From Octopus vulgaris (taxonomy: Eukaryota), in NCBI GenBank assembly GCA_951406725.2, contig OX597822.1, positions 80,910,001 to 80,974,000 of the forward strand: a stretch of DNA of 64,000 nucleotides. The letters are read 5' to 3'. Positions 27,290 through 40,403 of the stretch are shown here, piece by piece (position 1 is the first letter of the stretch; each line of letters begins with the position of its first letter). The position numbers and the translations under genes are program-made. The notes under the pieces are model-generated. The model ran no database searches and was not told the origin of the DNA. It worked only from the letters and a program-made list of their open reading frames with translations.

Positions 27290-27650
27290 CTTCTAGCCAG
27301 GTTGTCAAGAAGCAGTCGTTTGTGGAGGTTTTGAGACGAATTCAAGAAGAGATTTCCTCGTAAAAGACCAGAGCTCTTCTATCCCGGTCGGAGGCCCCTG
27401 CTCCAGGACACAATTCCATCATGGTAACCAACTACTTGACTGAGATTGGCATCAAAAACTATCCTTCAGCCTACCTACATCCTCCTTGTGACTTTTGGCT
27501 ATTACCCAAACAAGGAAAGAGCCTGAGGGGCAGTTATTTTGAAGATGAAGGAAGCTGTGACCAGCGTCCCGAATACTTTGGAGAACTTCACCGGACAGTC
27601 TTGAAGTTGCTGGAGCACTTCAACAAATGTCACAGGATCCAACATTGAAA
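27290..27650 (+). pseudogene. Mariner transposase fragment
   Basis: FKKRFPRKRPEL, LLQD, MVTNYLTEIGIK, PCDFWLLPK, LRGSYFED across frameshifts. Confidence 0.75.
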
Positions 27651-28394
27651 GAGATTAGAGTTTAGTACTTCTCTGAAATGAAGAAAAGTCTCTGCTGAAG
27701 TAATCTCAACATTTCTGGAAGTAACTTTGTATTTTACAGATCGTGAGAAAAAGAGACTTTTTATTTTTACAAAGACATGATATGAATTGAATGAGATATG
27801 GTTACTATTTCTAGCCGAACATATAGCCACATAGATGGCGAGTTTATTGACCTTCTCAGGTAAGGTGAAAATTGGTGTCATTATGCTCGTGTCGTTGTCA
27901 AACTGTAAAGCAATTTAATACGACACAACTTGAAGTGCAGTGAAATAACTGCCCACCTCATGGTTATAATCGTCTCTATAGCATAGCATTCACGTCTGTC
28001 ACCAGTCACATAATTAGCTTTGTATCGAGTGAAGAATTTCAGTTGGAAAATCTTACATCTCTGTAATTCCCCAGTTTACGTGGAGGTTACGATAGTAATT
28101 TCGTTCCGTAACATCATCCCTGGTCTCTTACTAATTACATTATTAGACTGATTACTTTCAAGGCAATGCAAGGAAGACCATCAACACTTACATATCCTTT
28201 CCCAAACTATCTCAGTTTAAAAACTTGCTTCTTATTCAGTCAGACTTCGTCATCTTGCGAGCGAATCTCAGAAGCATAAATAAAAGTAAAACAGCTGAAC
28301 CGATCCCAGCTCTCACTTTATCTCTTGTTCTCTTTATTTATTTATTTATTTCTTCCTTCCTTTCCTTTCATTTTAGACATATAAACAGACGGAC

Positions 28395-28443
<49 letters not shown>

Positions 28444-28564
28444 TCTCTCTCTTTCTTTCTCTCTCTCTCGATCATTCACTCTTTTTTCTCTCAGCATATA
28501 TATATATATGATGTGTGATAATACATACAAACACAAATACATATGTATAAACATGCATATATAC

Positions 28565-28740
28565 AGGCGTAGAAGTGGCTGTGTGGTAAGCAGCTTGCTT
28601 ACAAACCACATGAATCCGGCTACAGTCCCACTGAGTGGCTCCTTAGCCAACTGTCTTCTACTATAGCCTCGGGCCGACCAAAGCCTTGTGAGTGGATTTG
28701 GTAGACGGAAACTGAAAGAAGCTCGTCTTATGTATGTATG

Positions 28741-28809
<69 letters not shown>

Positions 28810-29050
28810 ATGTGTGTGTGTATTAGTGTGTATGTATGTGTGTGTGTGTGTGTGTATATTTGTTCCCCCAACATCGCTTGACAACCGATACTGATGTGTT
28901 TACGTTCCCGTAAATTTAGCGGTTCCGCAAAAGAGACCGATGGAATAATTACTAGGCTTACAACGAATAAGTCCTGGGGACAGTTTGCTCGACCAAAGGC
29001 GGTGCTCCAGCATGGCCACAGTGAAATTACTGAAACATGTAAAAGAGTAA
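28565..29050 (+). mobile_element. SINE family A with internal (TCTA)n
   Basis: Full head/CORE/tail match. Confidence 0.88.
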
Positions 29051-29139
29051 AGCGTATGTGTGTGTGTGTATATATATATATGTATGTATATGCATAAATT
29101 TAACAACTGAAATTTATCTGATAGATATCAATCAAATTA

Positions 29140-29591
29140 ATATTGAATTTTTCACCCCTTATTATATTAAATTTAAATTTATTGGCTATGTTCTCTAACC
29201 GGCAATATTCACTGCAGAGAATTATTTTCTGCAGAATTATTTCTGGTGGTTTAGGAGCGCTAAATCGAAGACTTTTGAAAGATGACCAAACTTATAATTG
29301 GTAGAAGTGTCTAAATGTTCAATCTCATGCGGACGTCTCGTGTATAGTTCTGCAAATTATTTTTGCAAAGATGATCACACTGATAATTTGCGGACAATTA
29401 CGTAAATGATTACGTAAGCGATAACAAGGAAACCTGGTTTATGATTAATCTGTAGTTTGTATTTTTTCGTTTGTCTTCTTCGCTTACGTTCTGGCGTTTG
29501 CTAAATTTTCTTGAGAACATTCCTTTCTTAGTGGTAAGACCATAGCGGATCTTCTTCTAGCATAATGGATGTCCACTTACAGGTCATCCCT

Positions 29592-29597
<6 letters not shown>
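29140..29597 (+). mobile_element. ~450-nt HHR-bearing non-coding element (long-stem-II family), degraded ribozyme at 29373-29446
   Basis: atcaca-CTGATAA-tttg...ttacgta/tacgtaa...caag-GAAA-cctgg-TT-tatgat; colinear with 29700-30146 and 60360-60780; ends in (TA)n. Confidence 0.7.
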
Positions 29598-29637
<40 letters not shown>

Positions 29638-29644
29638 CACACAC

Positions 29645-29676
<32 letters not shown>

Positions 29677-29699
29677 ATATATATATATAAAATTTAATT

Positions 29700-30146
29700 G
29701 ATTAATATCAATTTCTACCCTTATTTAATTTTATATAAAAAAATGTTCTCTAGCCGGTAAATTAACTGGTGCAGTTTCTTAACCTCAGCGCGCCAAAGTG
29801 AAGGCATTTGAAGGATACACATAAATATAATTTGTAGGACTTTATGCATGCTGGATTTCGGTCGAGCGCCCTGTATCTACTTCTGGAAATTGTATTTCGT
29901 AAAACTCAGACTACGCCGATGATCTTGCAGATTTTTACGTATCCATATACGTAAATATTAACAAGTGAAACTAATTAGTACGTAGGTAATGTTTTTTTAT
30001 TTTCGTATATTTTGATTTGTCTTATTTTTAAACTTTGGTTTTTGCTGAATTTTGTGTTTGAGAACACATTCTTCGTGGTAAATGACGAGTTTGACGTCTA
30101 TATCTAGCATACAGGCTGTCCACTATTAGTGGTCATTCCTCTTAAT
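29700..30146 (+). mobile_element. ~450-nt HHR-bearing non-coding element; ribozyme at 29911-29985
   Basis: ctacg-CCGATGA-tcttg...tttacgta(tcca ta)tacgtaaa...caagt-GAAA-ctaattag-TA-cgtag; flanked by (TA)n. Confidence 0.8.
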
Positions 30147-30148
30147 TT

Positions 30149-30193
<45 letters not shown>

Positions 30194-30329
30194 ATACACT
30201 GAATTATCTTAGAACAACTAAATGACGAAAATTTGTACAAAAAATTAGGAACTAAAGCAGATTAACAGACAGTGAGTAAAATTAGTAAATTGATGTGCAT
30301 ATTAAAAATTGGATTAACCCAAACATCTA

Positions 30330-30655
30330 GAGATAGAATTAAGTAACATATATCGACTCCCAGATGTCGATAAGTATTAGTGAAAAAAATCGGCAAGGGC
30401 TTCAAGGATTTCCATCCATCATTTATGAAAATTCCTAAACCATCTGATTGAAAATGATGTCCTATTATTTGAAGGCCAACATCTAGCACTCAGCGATTAA
30501 GCGATGTGTTAGACATAATTTTAATCTCTTATGCAGATCGGTTCTTTCTTTCCTCAGGGATGACATGGAATTCCTAAACAATATTCCTGAAAGAGTAGAT
30601 AAAGAGACGATCGTGGTTAGTTCCGACGAGACCAAACTCTGCAGAAATATCGTCT
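30330..30655 (+). pseudogene. Penelope-like RT fragment
   Basis: IYRLP..KIPKPSD..PII..PTSSTQRLSDVLDIIL..LRDDMEFLNNIPERVDKETIVVSSD, homologous to the 25.3-25.6 kb RT segment. Confidence 0.75.
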
Positions 30656-30849
30656 ATTGGGGATATTAAAATTGTTTTATATATACCCATATATACACAC
30701 ACACATGCATATACAGTTATACATCGTCATATTGCCGTTCACCTATCGCGTTTCACCTATCACGGTTCACCTATCGAGGTTTATTATTTAAGTCTTCGCC
30801 GATTCTTCCGTGGTGTTGTTTTGCATTTATAATATATATATATATATCT

Positions 30850-31584
30850 ATATATAAATAAATAAATATAAGAGAGTGGTCACTATATGGCTCACTCTAG
30901 CACCAGTTAATCCAAAAGGTTTCAACCACAAAAATACATGTTTCCCATGAAAGTCAGTACGATTGTTAGCTCACACGGACAGGGCAAATAAAAAATAACA
31001 AAATACAGATTATTTTGGGACAATTGTTTCGCTATTAATGAATTAAATGTAATTTTACTTACAATAAAATCCACTTGTAGCTCTTCAGCCAAAACTATCT
31101 GGATGAAATCCACTCAATCACACGCCAGATTTTACCATAACGATAAATACGCGTGTGGTTCAATTGATTACATCCGACGTTATAATTCAAATGCCCCAAC
31201 TAACAGCGCGCCAAACTTTCACGGAAAACAAATACAGCATTTAGAAATAAATGCAGCATAATTATAATTAATTAATAAGGGTGAAACAATTGTCCCAAAA
31301 TAATCTGTATTTTGTTATCTTTTATTTGCCCTGTCCGTGTGAGCTAACAATCGTACTGACTTTCATGGGAAACATGTATTTTTGTGGTTGAAACCTTTTG
31401 GATTAACTGGTGCTAGAGTGAGCCATATAGTGACCACTCTCTTATATTTATTTTGTAAAAATATTATAATATATTATAAAATATTATAATAATCCAGGTT
31501 TCTCGGAGCACTAGGCCACTTGGTGTAGAATAGATATACTATTAAATTAGTATCTAATTCTCTCACCCTTATTAATTAATTATA
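30850..31584. mobile_element. HHR-bearing element as divergent inverted pair: minus copy 31283-30850, plus partial copy 31283-31584
   Basis: ~170-bp near-perfect inverted repeat 30860-31030 / 31283-31453; flanked by (TA)n. Confidence 0.85.
31013..31094 (-). ncRNA. Type I hammerhead ribozyme with long stem II
   Basis: Minus strand: ttttgg-CTGAAGA-gcta...tagc-GAAA-caattg-TC-ccaaaa. Confidence 0.88.
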
Positions 31585-31807
31585 TATATATATACAAATT
31601 ATACAAATAATAAGAAAAAATAAACAGTACAGTACAGTTTCTATTTCGCGGATTTTCACCTTTCGCGGGTTTTTTGGGAACGTAACACGCACGACAGTCT
31701 GTCTGTCTACCTACCTGCCTGCTTGCCTGTCTGACTATCTATCAATCTAGCCATCTATCTATCTGTCTATGTATGTATGTATGTATGTATGTATGTATGT
31801 ATGTATG

Positions 31808-31840
<33 letters not shown>

Positions 31841-31931
31841 GTCTGTCTGTCTGTTTGTTTGTCTGTCTGTCTGTTTCCCTGATCGGTCTCTCTATTCCTC
31901 GCTCTCTCCATTCTCCCCTCCATACATCTAC

Positions 31932-31989
<58 letters not shown>

Positions 31990-32424
31990 ACACAACTTTC
32001 AACACGCGTCTTTCAAACCCTCGCTAACAAATATCTAATTTAATAGCATCCCATGATTCACCGTATTTTGAAAATAACAAGTATTTCAAGTGCTGGAATA
32101 AAATAACTTATTTATTATTAAGATAGTTTTTATAATGTAATTTAACTAAATGGTTCTTACAGGAAATTATGATGCAAGGTATCCATTTAAATGTAAATTT
32201 AAATAACTTTTAACAAATCTTTGAACAAATAAAAGAAAATTTTACATATTTGCATTGCAATTAAGCACGTAAATGGTTTTCAGAACTCCAACGTATGTAC
32301 TGGATGTTATCGTGCACTTGCATATTTGGAGGTTTTACACTCATGGTTTGTATTTTTGTATATTCTATGTTCATACAAACGTGCGTGCGCGTGTGTGTGT
32401 GCGCGTGTAATATATAATATAATA

Positions 32425-32481
<57 letters not shown>

Positions 32482-32863
32482 TTTATATACATATATAGAT
32501 ACTTAAATATCAATCTGCCTGCCTACCTACCTACCTACATACATATATACATGCGTACATGCATACATAGGTGCATAGATACGTACATACGTATATACGT
32601 AATAAGAACATACATACGTACATAGGTACATATATACATACGTACATACATACACACATACATACATACATACATACATACATACATACATACATACATA
32701 CATACATACATACATACATACATACATACATAAGACTGTCACCATATATGTATGTTTATTATATTTTAAGACGCGAGTGAAAAGAAAAAACATTTTTCTG
32801 CACGTGTGTGTAGGTATGTGTACAGGTGAATACACACACATACATATACATACATATATACAC

Positions 32864-32895
<32 letters not shown>

Positions 32896-32921
32896 TTATA
32901 TACATATATATATATACATAC

Positions 32922-32959
<38 letters not shown>

Positions 32960-33166
32960 GTATGTGTATATGTGTGTGAGTGCGTGTATGTGCGTGTACA
33001 GACACACACGCACGTATGCATATGTGAATTTGCGTGTATGCATACATAGACGTGTGACAGTTCGCAGACATAAGCGCAGCATTTGTATGTGTGGTTTGTC
33101 TGCGTGTGTTCACAGACGAGCACGTATAATTCGTCATACGTAAACATAGGTACATACATATATACA

Positions 33167-33217
<51 letters not shown>

Positions 33218-33220
<3 letters not shown>

Positions 33221-33351
33221 GGAGTAAACACATAAATGTGAAACAAGGTGGAAAAAAAGAGTACTCAAATACCAGTGGTAGAGTAATATGCTTTATTTTA
33301 AGCAGCAGAAAATTCAACAATTTTGTTGAATTTTCTGCTGCTTAAAATAAA

Positions 33352-33352
<1 letters not shown>
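33218..33352. mobile_element. Short (TA)n-embedded PLE pseudo-LTR-like fragment ending in a 30-bp hairpin
   Basis: ctttattttaagcagcagaaaattcaacaa tt ttgttgaattttctgctgcttaaaataaag (33291-33352), between (TA)n tracts. Confidence 0.6.
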
Positions 33353-33391
<39 letters not shown>

Positions 33392-34162
33392 GCGCAGGTT
33401 TGTGCGTAATATGTATATATATATCCAAACAAACGTGCATACGCTCACACATATTACAAGAGAAATGTATTTCATCAAGAGAAGAACGCCTGATGGTATT
33501 CTTGACTATGAATCATAGAATATACATTCTATATACATCTACGTCTCCACATCGATGGTCAGTTATACATTACATATATCAACCGGTCAGACGACTCGGA
33601 GATGATTTTGGCAATATTCCTGGAGGTCAAGGCGTCGAGCTTTGTACAATGGTATAACTCCTCTCATATTCGAATCTTTCTATGGAAAAGTTTTTTTTCT
33701 TAATCCAGTATTCATATGTTATTATTCATAGCATTATTTACTTCGAGATACAGCATTTAAAAATAAATAAATAAAATTATTGAAAGCAGCATTTGAGCTA
33801 GGTCGGTAGCGTGCTGGTTGAAATGCTTTAAGGCGCTAATTTACCTCTGCTTGTGTTGAGAGTTCAAATCACATTGGCGCTGTTTTTTATCATTCGTCAT
33901 TCAACGGTTTTTCACAAAGGAAAAGTAAACGCGCTGAAAGGCGGTATTCCAGCATGGCCTCAGCCTCTAGTTGGAACAGTAAACGATATAAGGCATAGGT
34001 TGTGTGTGTATGTGGGTGTATATATGGGGGATTTCCCCTCCAGTAACTGAAAGCGATAAAAGATGAAAAATCCTTATGGAACAAAATATCTTTCATTGCT
34101 AAAGAATGACGCCTCATCCAGGATAGAATATTTCTAACTTGATATGGTGCATACTATAATAT

Positions 34163-34372
34163 ATTCTTTTCTACTCTAGGGACAAGGTCCGAGATTTTGG
34201 GGTATTTTATTAGATCGACACCAGTACGCAACAGCTACTTCAATTATCACCCCCCGAAAGGATGAAAGGCAAAGTCGACCTCGGCGGAATTTTAACTCAG
34301 AACGTAGCGACAGACGAAATACGGCTACGCAGTTCGCCCGGCGTGCTAACGTTTCTGCCAGCTCGCCGCCTT
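34163..34372 (-). mobile_element. SINE family B monomer
   Basis: Reverse complement of aaggcggcgagctggcagaaacgttagcacgccgggcg...ctagagtagaaaagaat. Confidence 0.88.
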
Positions 34373-35973
34373 AGACAACCCCTATACTAACGAGGTTAAT
34401 GAAGTTGTTACTCGAGATCTGTCTGTGCTATTACAAATAATAAATGTTATAATCTGTGACAGTCAAGACAAAATAAAGCAAGAACAAAATCATTTAACTG
34501 TTGTAAGTAATTATGTTTACATTTTAACCATCAGATGATTAATAGAAAATAATTGAGTAGAGATTGACTTAAATGATTTATAGACTAGTGTAGTCTATAT
34601 GTACAAAATCGCTGAGCTGGCAGACTCGTTAGCACGTCTGATAAAATGATTAGCGGCATTTTTCCAGTTATTTACGTTCTGAATTCTTACACTGGGGTCA
34701 ACTTTGCTTCTCATTTCTTTGAGGCTGTTAAAATACAGTACCAGTCATGTATTGGTGTCGATATAATCGACTTTTCCCCTCTCCTCATAACTGCTGGTCT
34801 TGAACTCTGTGATGAACTGGCATCCAATCCAGGCTGAAATTTGTGATGTCTCTTACACGCCATGGAAACTGGGTAACTGGGTCTTCGAGTTCATGAGAAA
34901 TATAAACAAATCTTTAAAGAGATCAGTTGTCAGATTCATTCGTCGGATGAAGGACGTTAATAGAAAAATACTTTGGATTCATTACTCTGCTGAACGAAGT
35001 TTGTCGGTTTTCGTCTTTAGGGGTAAACTAAGGCTCAGAAAAAAAATGGAAATCTATCCTACAATTAGAAGGGTTGACGGTAAAGGCAACTACATAGATC
35101 TGGTTTCGGCTTTTCCCAGTTACTAAGACGAATCTAGTAAACATATTACAACAGAATCTGCTCATCAGTTGACTTAAATGGACATCCAACCCCTTTTGAC
35201 CCCATAAAACCGCTCTTCTCTTCTGTTTGCCTTGAGTCCTGATTTTTCATTGCAGTTGTTTTTCTTACCGAGGTAATTTACAATTTGGAGAAAAATATGC
35301 TGGAAATAAATGGGGAAATTTAACTTCAACATAACGGTGATGGAAATCACATCATATATTACTGACTGAGGAGTGAGTGCACTGCTGAAATACACGGAGC
35401 CTAGACTGAAAGAATGTACCATATGGCGAGCGATTTGGATGTAGTCTCACCCAGGAATATCTAATAAGGTAAAAGAAAACTGTTTCTGTGGCAGATCTGA
35501 AGCGGCGAATGTCTACATCGACTCATCATCATCATCATCATCATTATCATCATCATCATCATCATCATCATAATCACCATCATCATCTGCAGCAGCAACA
35601 ACAACAATAGTCGTAGCAGCAGCAATGGCAGCAACTTGCTTGCTATGTATTTCTTGTCTTTGTTGCCATTTCGGTCGAGATATGTCTGATCAATACAAGT
35701 GGCTGTGATTGAACATCGATCCATTCAATGTTTTGACAAAATCACTAACAGTATTTGTCGAAGAATTTTCAAACAACACCTGAATCAATATGAATCAATG
35801 AAGGGGTTAGTACTCGGACAATCATTTTGCTACAAAAAGTAGCAACTTTTCCATTTAGTGAACAAAAACTCTTAATGCAGCCACAAGACTTTCTAGAAAT
35901 AGCTGTCATGTCTTTCCTCAATCCACAGACGTCTAAACAAGGACTGACACATCAGGTAATATATTTCCACATC

Positions 35974-36536
35974 AGGTGGCGAGCTGGCAGAAACGTTAGC
36001 ACACCGGGCGAAATGCTTAGCGGTATTTCGTCTGCCGAGGTCGACTTTGCCTTTCATTCTTTCGTGGTCGATTAAATAAGCACCAGTTTCGCACTGGGGT
36101 CGATATAATCGACTTAATCCGTTTGTCTGCCCTTGTTTGTTCTCTCTGTGTTTCGCCCCTTGAGGGTAGTAAAGAAATGGGTATTTCGTTTGTCTTTACG
36201 TTCTGAGTTCAAATTCCGCCGAGGTCGACTTTGCTTTTCATCCTTTCGGGGTCGATAAATTAAGTACCAGTTACGCACTGGGGTCGATATAATCGACTTA
36301 ATTCGTTTGCCTGTCCTTGTTTGTCCCCTCTATGTGTAGCCCCTTGTGGGCAGTAAAGAATTAGGTATTTCATCTGTCTTTACGTTCTGAGTTCAAATTC
36401 CGCCGAGATCATCTTTGCCTTTCATCCTTTACTTTAGGGGTTGATAATTTCAGGACCAGTTGCGTACCGGAGTCGATCTAATCGACTGGCCCCCTCCCCC
36501 AAAATTTCGGACCTTGTGCCTAGAGTAGGAAAGAAT
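35974..36536 (+). mobile_element. SINE family B with three internal units and ~16-bp TSD
   Basis: Three gccgaggtcgactttgcctttcatcc-like units; atatatttcca(c/t)atca flanks both ends. Confidence 0.88.
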
Positions 36537-37069
36537 ATATTTCCATATCATGCCCAAAGTCAGATATCAATTGCTGGAATTGTCTTCCTTATAGACTTCA
36601 GGTAGAGCAAAAATTACCTAACCAAAGCGGAAATAGCTACCATCAACCCCACCACTGCTGCCCTTCCTCCTCCACCGCCAACTACTACTATTTTCATTGA
36701 TTAAATTTACATTAGGCTTGGACGTATTTTTTATACGCAAACGAATTATTGATTTTTAACATTGACGTAAGAGGAGAGATTATGACCGGAAGATACAGTC
36801 GATAATTAGACCAAAGTACACTCCCGAGGAAGAGGAGAAGGAGTTGGATAACGATAACGAAAACAACAAAATTTTGGCAAATAGGAGGGATAACTACTTA
36901 GAAACAATTAAAGAAATATCCTGAAACAGAGTGGCCATGACAACCGCCTAAAAGTATCCCCACACGCTGTTTCTTGAGTAACAGGAACATGCTCGAAGTC
37001 CATTAATTCGTACCAAGTTGGCTACCGATAGCTTTCAACAGATTTACAGAAGTGAGGCTGTGCTCCTCT

Positions 37070-37662
37070 TTCTACACTGAGAACAATGAATATAAGATCC
37101 TAATGTGACTCCCCAATCGATGCTGGGAGATTAGACATTGCTGTAGCAGATAAAATAAAAAAGGGAGCCAAGTTCATAGATATTGCCATACCCGGGGATG
37201 CAAGGGTAGATGACAGAGAGCTGGAAAAGATGGAGAAATACACACTACTAAAATACGAATTTGCAAGAATGTGGATTATGAAGAGAGTGTTATCATCCCA
37301 GGTGCTGCAGAGGCACTCGGAGCACTAACAATCAAGGTCGAGAAATATGTTGGAGAAATTGGAATTGACATGAGGGCAGAGCAGGCCAAGAAAAAAACTG
37401 CTCTATTGGAGACAGCTAGGAGTTTGGGATTGGTGCTTGGGTGTTGAGTTTCTTCCGTGATAAGTTAACGTCCAAGTACCAAAGCTTATAATTTGCGGAA
37501 GAAGACTCTGTGAGACTTCTGACAAAAGGTTGCTGTCTGCTCTCATAGAATCAACCAGAGCAAGTAAGATCAAGATCTCTGAGATGTAAAATACTACTAC
37601 AACTACTACTACTACTACTAATAATAATAATAATAATAATAATAATGATAATAATAATAATA
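37070..37662 (+). pseudogene. 3' end of R4/Dong-clade LINE (RLE domain) ending in (TAA)n
   Basis: ENNEYKIL, RLDIAVADK, FIDIAIPGDARVDDRELEKMEKY, KTALLETAR; 3' UTR followed by (TAC)n(TAA)n. Confidence 0.8.
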
Positions 37663-37664
37663 AC

Positions 37665-37878
37665 CCTTTCTACTCTAGGAACAATGTCTGAAATTTGGTG
37701 GGAAGGGGACAAGTCGATTACATCGACTCCACTGTTCGACTGGTACCTATTTTCTCGACCCCAAAAGGATGAAAATTAAAGTCAACCCCGGCACAATTTG
37801 AACTCAGAGCATAAAGACGGACGAAATGCTGCTCAGAATTTTGTCCGGCTGCTAACGATTCTTCCAGCTCGCCGCCTA
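37665..37878 (-). mobile_element. SINE family B monomer, diverged
   Basis: Same motifs as 34163-34372. Confidence 0.75.
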
Positions 37879-38329
37879 CTAACTTGCATCATTACTGAAT
37901 ACATATTTACCTTCCTGATGGTGAACATCATGTTTCACAGCGAGCAAAAAGGTCGTAAACATGATTCGTGTGTTAGTAAGGACCAGCTTATAATGAAATG
38001 AAACTTGAGGCCTGCCACAAACGATGCAAATATATTTCTATTGCAAGTACTGATTACAAAAATATATTTGACAGCATTTGCCATAGCTAGGTTCAGGAAT
38101 GTTTAGAATTATATAAAATCTCTCCAGTTATTAGTAATTTTCTGTCGAACAATAGGAAGTGACGGAAACAACTTTTATACATAATTCAAAGAGAGGTACT
38201 GCCAGGAACAGTTACCGTCTCTGAACACTGGTTACATTGACGTAAGCAGCGGCATGTTCCAGGTTGATTCTCTATTACCAGTTCTCTTCTGCGTAGCTCT
38301 CTTTCCCCTAAGTATAGAATAGAATGACA

Positions 38330-38570
38330 CAAAACATAGGTACAGAGTATATAGAAGTCAGAATAATTTCCTTTACATGGATGATCTAAAAAGTTTTTCA
38401 CAAAAAATTAACAATTAGAACGAGTTTAGACTGTAGCAAAACAGTTCAGTGACGCTATTGGAATGAAGTTCGGCTTTCATGGATGTATTAAAGCTACATT
38501 CATAAAGAGAACGCTTTTAGAAACAAACAGCATGCAAATAGAGAGTTGTCTACTATCATCAAATAATTAG
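38330..38570 (+). pseudogene. R4/Dong-like RT fragment (YMDD)
   Basis: LYMDDLK...KQFSDAIGMKFGFHGCIKATFIK. Confidence 0.7.
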
Positions 38571-38589
38571 CGAAGTATCATTGAAAAAC

Positions 38590-39745
38590 CGAACACAACT
38601 GCTTAGAATCCTTTTGCGAGCGCTCCCTCCGATTCGACAAAGGCCGAACCGACGATTTGCTGCCGTATTGCGCCTCAACCGCCCGATCTCGTCACTCGAC
38701 TTTCGTTCCCTCACACCTCACAGCACGTGCCTTATTCTGACACTAATACCTTCTTGCTTCGTGTTAAAGACTCGATCAAAGGCCAATCTCGGCACCAGTA
38801 TGTCAGTTGCAATGCTTTTCCTAAGCGCTTTTCCTACTCTACCATTATCATTGTTTCCATATTAAGCATATCGAATGTAATTTAATAGCTCTTTCAGAGT
38901 TAAGCATCATTGATTGTTCAGCATTGCTCCAGCCAATTCCCTTTTAACTAATCCGATATCTGTAAACTTGGCATTCTGGGTAAGGCACGTTCAGTTTCAG
39001 GAACCGTGTCCCTATCAATGAAGCCTATCTACGTTGACCGTACAGATCACAAATTTGTGGTCTGTATAGCCGACAACATTGAACTGTTGACAAATTATGG
39101 TACCTCTATCTACTGACCTACAGATTATTCCATCTACTTACGATCTGAATGACCTGTTGTTCATCGCTCATGTGCACATTGGCGCATTTGGGAAATCCAG
39201 TCAATATCTGGTAGCCAATTGCAAACGACCTGAGCAGATTTGTAAGGCTTTTACACGCCCTTCTTCTCTCAGCTAAACCCACACAGTCCAGACGTGCAAT
39301 CAAAATTACCTTGCAATCGCCCACTAGCACTAAAGAGCAGGACTTCCTAAGGAAAGCCTTCAGACGCTTGAAGAAATCCAGTCGCCAGAACAGTCGGGTC
39401 ATACACAGCGGCTAGTCGAAACGTACCACATGAACTACCATTCACATCCAGAGCCAGGATCACCAATTTATTGTCCGAACCCAGAAAGATCGATTGTATC
39501 ACGGTGCCAGGTCTTTCCATAATAGCGCCACCACTCCGCCTCCCATTCCGAATTGAGGAAGTGTTGGGAAGATCTCAAAACTCACAACTTAGTTGGGTGC
39601 TTAGACGCGTGTGTCAGGAATCTTGGTTTTACTGACTTCTATCACATTCAAAGAGCTGAGGTCATTGAGCAGGTGACTCTTCTTCCGGGTGTTCCCAGGT
39701 TATGTAGCACATTAATGCTATCCACATTCAAGATCGCCATATTGG
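38590..39745 (-). pseudogene. L1/Tx1-clade LINE ORF2 N-terminus (APE endonuclease), decayed
   Basis: Minus frames: MAILNVDSINV, RLAAVY, FFKRLKAFL..LVLVGD..ARLD, GYTDHKFV, KLN. Confidence 0.75.
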
Positions 39746-39817
39746 CGGGAAAGATAGAAAGAATAGAGGTCACCTACCAGAGGGGCTTTCTGGTAGGCAG
39801 TTTTTAAAGGTCACGTT

Positions 39818-40175
39818 AAATAAACCCTCAATTCAATAGCAGTGTGTACAAACTCTATACTTAGAATGACGAATTTTAAATACTATTGAAATTTACTCAC
39901 AAGTTATTGGAATCTTATATGTATACAATTCTGCCTAAATAATATATCTACAAATGCATTATCCCTGCATATCTCACATCTATTCTCATTCATCCACTTC
40001 ACTCTCTATTTCGTATCTTATCTACATTAATTATATTGCTTAACTATTTTCTCACACCGTCTCCGATGAAGGGATATAAAAATATCCCGGAAATAGCTGT
40101 AAGACCTTCTATTTATAAATGTTCTAAAATCTTCACAGCCTTGGTTTTTGTATCTCATGCTGAAAATTTTTATAT
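39818..40175 (+). mobile_element. PLE 3' end with hammerhead at 40059-40105
   Basis: Degraded INPQFNSSVYKLY..ILLKFTHKLL then gtct-CCGATGA-agggatat(aaaa)atatcccg-GAAA-tagctg-TA-agac; ends in (TA)n. Confidence 0.7.
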
Positions 40176-40339
40176 ATATACACATACTGATATATGACCT
40201 ACTTAGTACTCCTTGTTCGCATAATCAGCGAACCTGGAGCTTAACTATGGTCTGTTCATAGCACTTACTCAGCATTACCTGACACTTTGGGGTCTTATTG
40301 ACACCATTACCTCTCATAACCCCCCTATCTCACTGTATG

Positions 40340-40372
<33 letters not shown>

Positions 40373-40403
40373 ATGTGTGTGTGTGTGTGCGTATATATAT
40401 ATA

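Larger units (their letters stand above)
30712..31696. mobile_element. Pogo/Tigger-like MITE split by the HHR element
   Basis: Left part with repeated ttcacctatcgcg (30712-30830); right part ttcgcggattttcacctttcgcggg..ggaacgtaac (31625-31696). Confidence 0.5.

Noticed and set aside
31350-31385. ctgac...GAAAcatgTA as a second HHR in the inverted element
   Set aside because: Core is CTGACTT and stem I cannot pair.
35255-35468. Possible internal exon (ttcattgcag acceptor; gag|gtaatt or aag|gtaaaa donors)
   Set aside because: Splice-like signals only; no coding or homology evidence.
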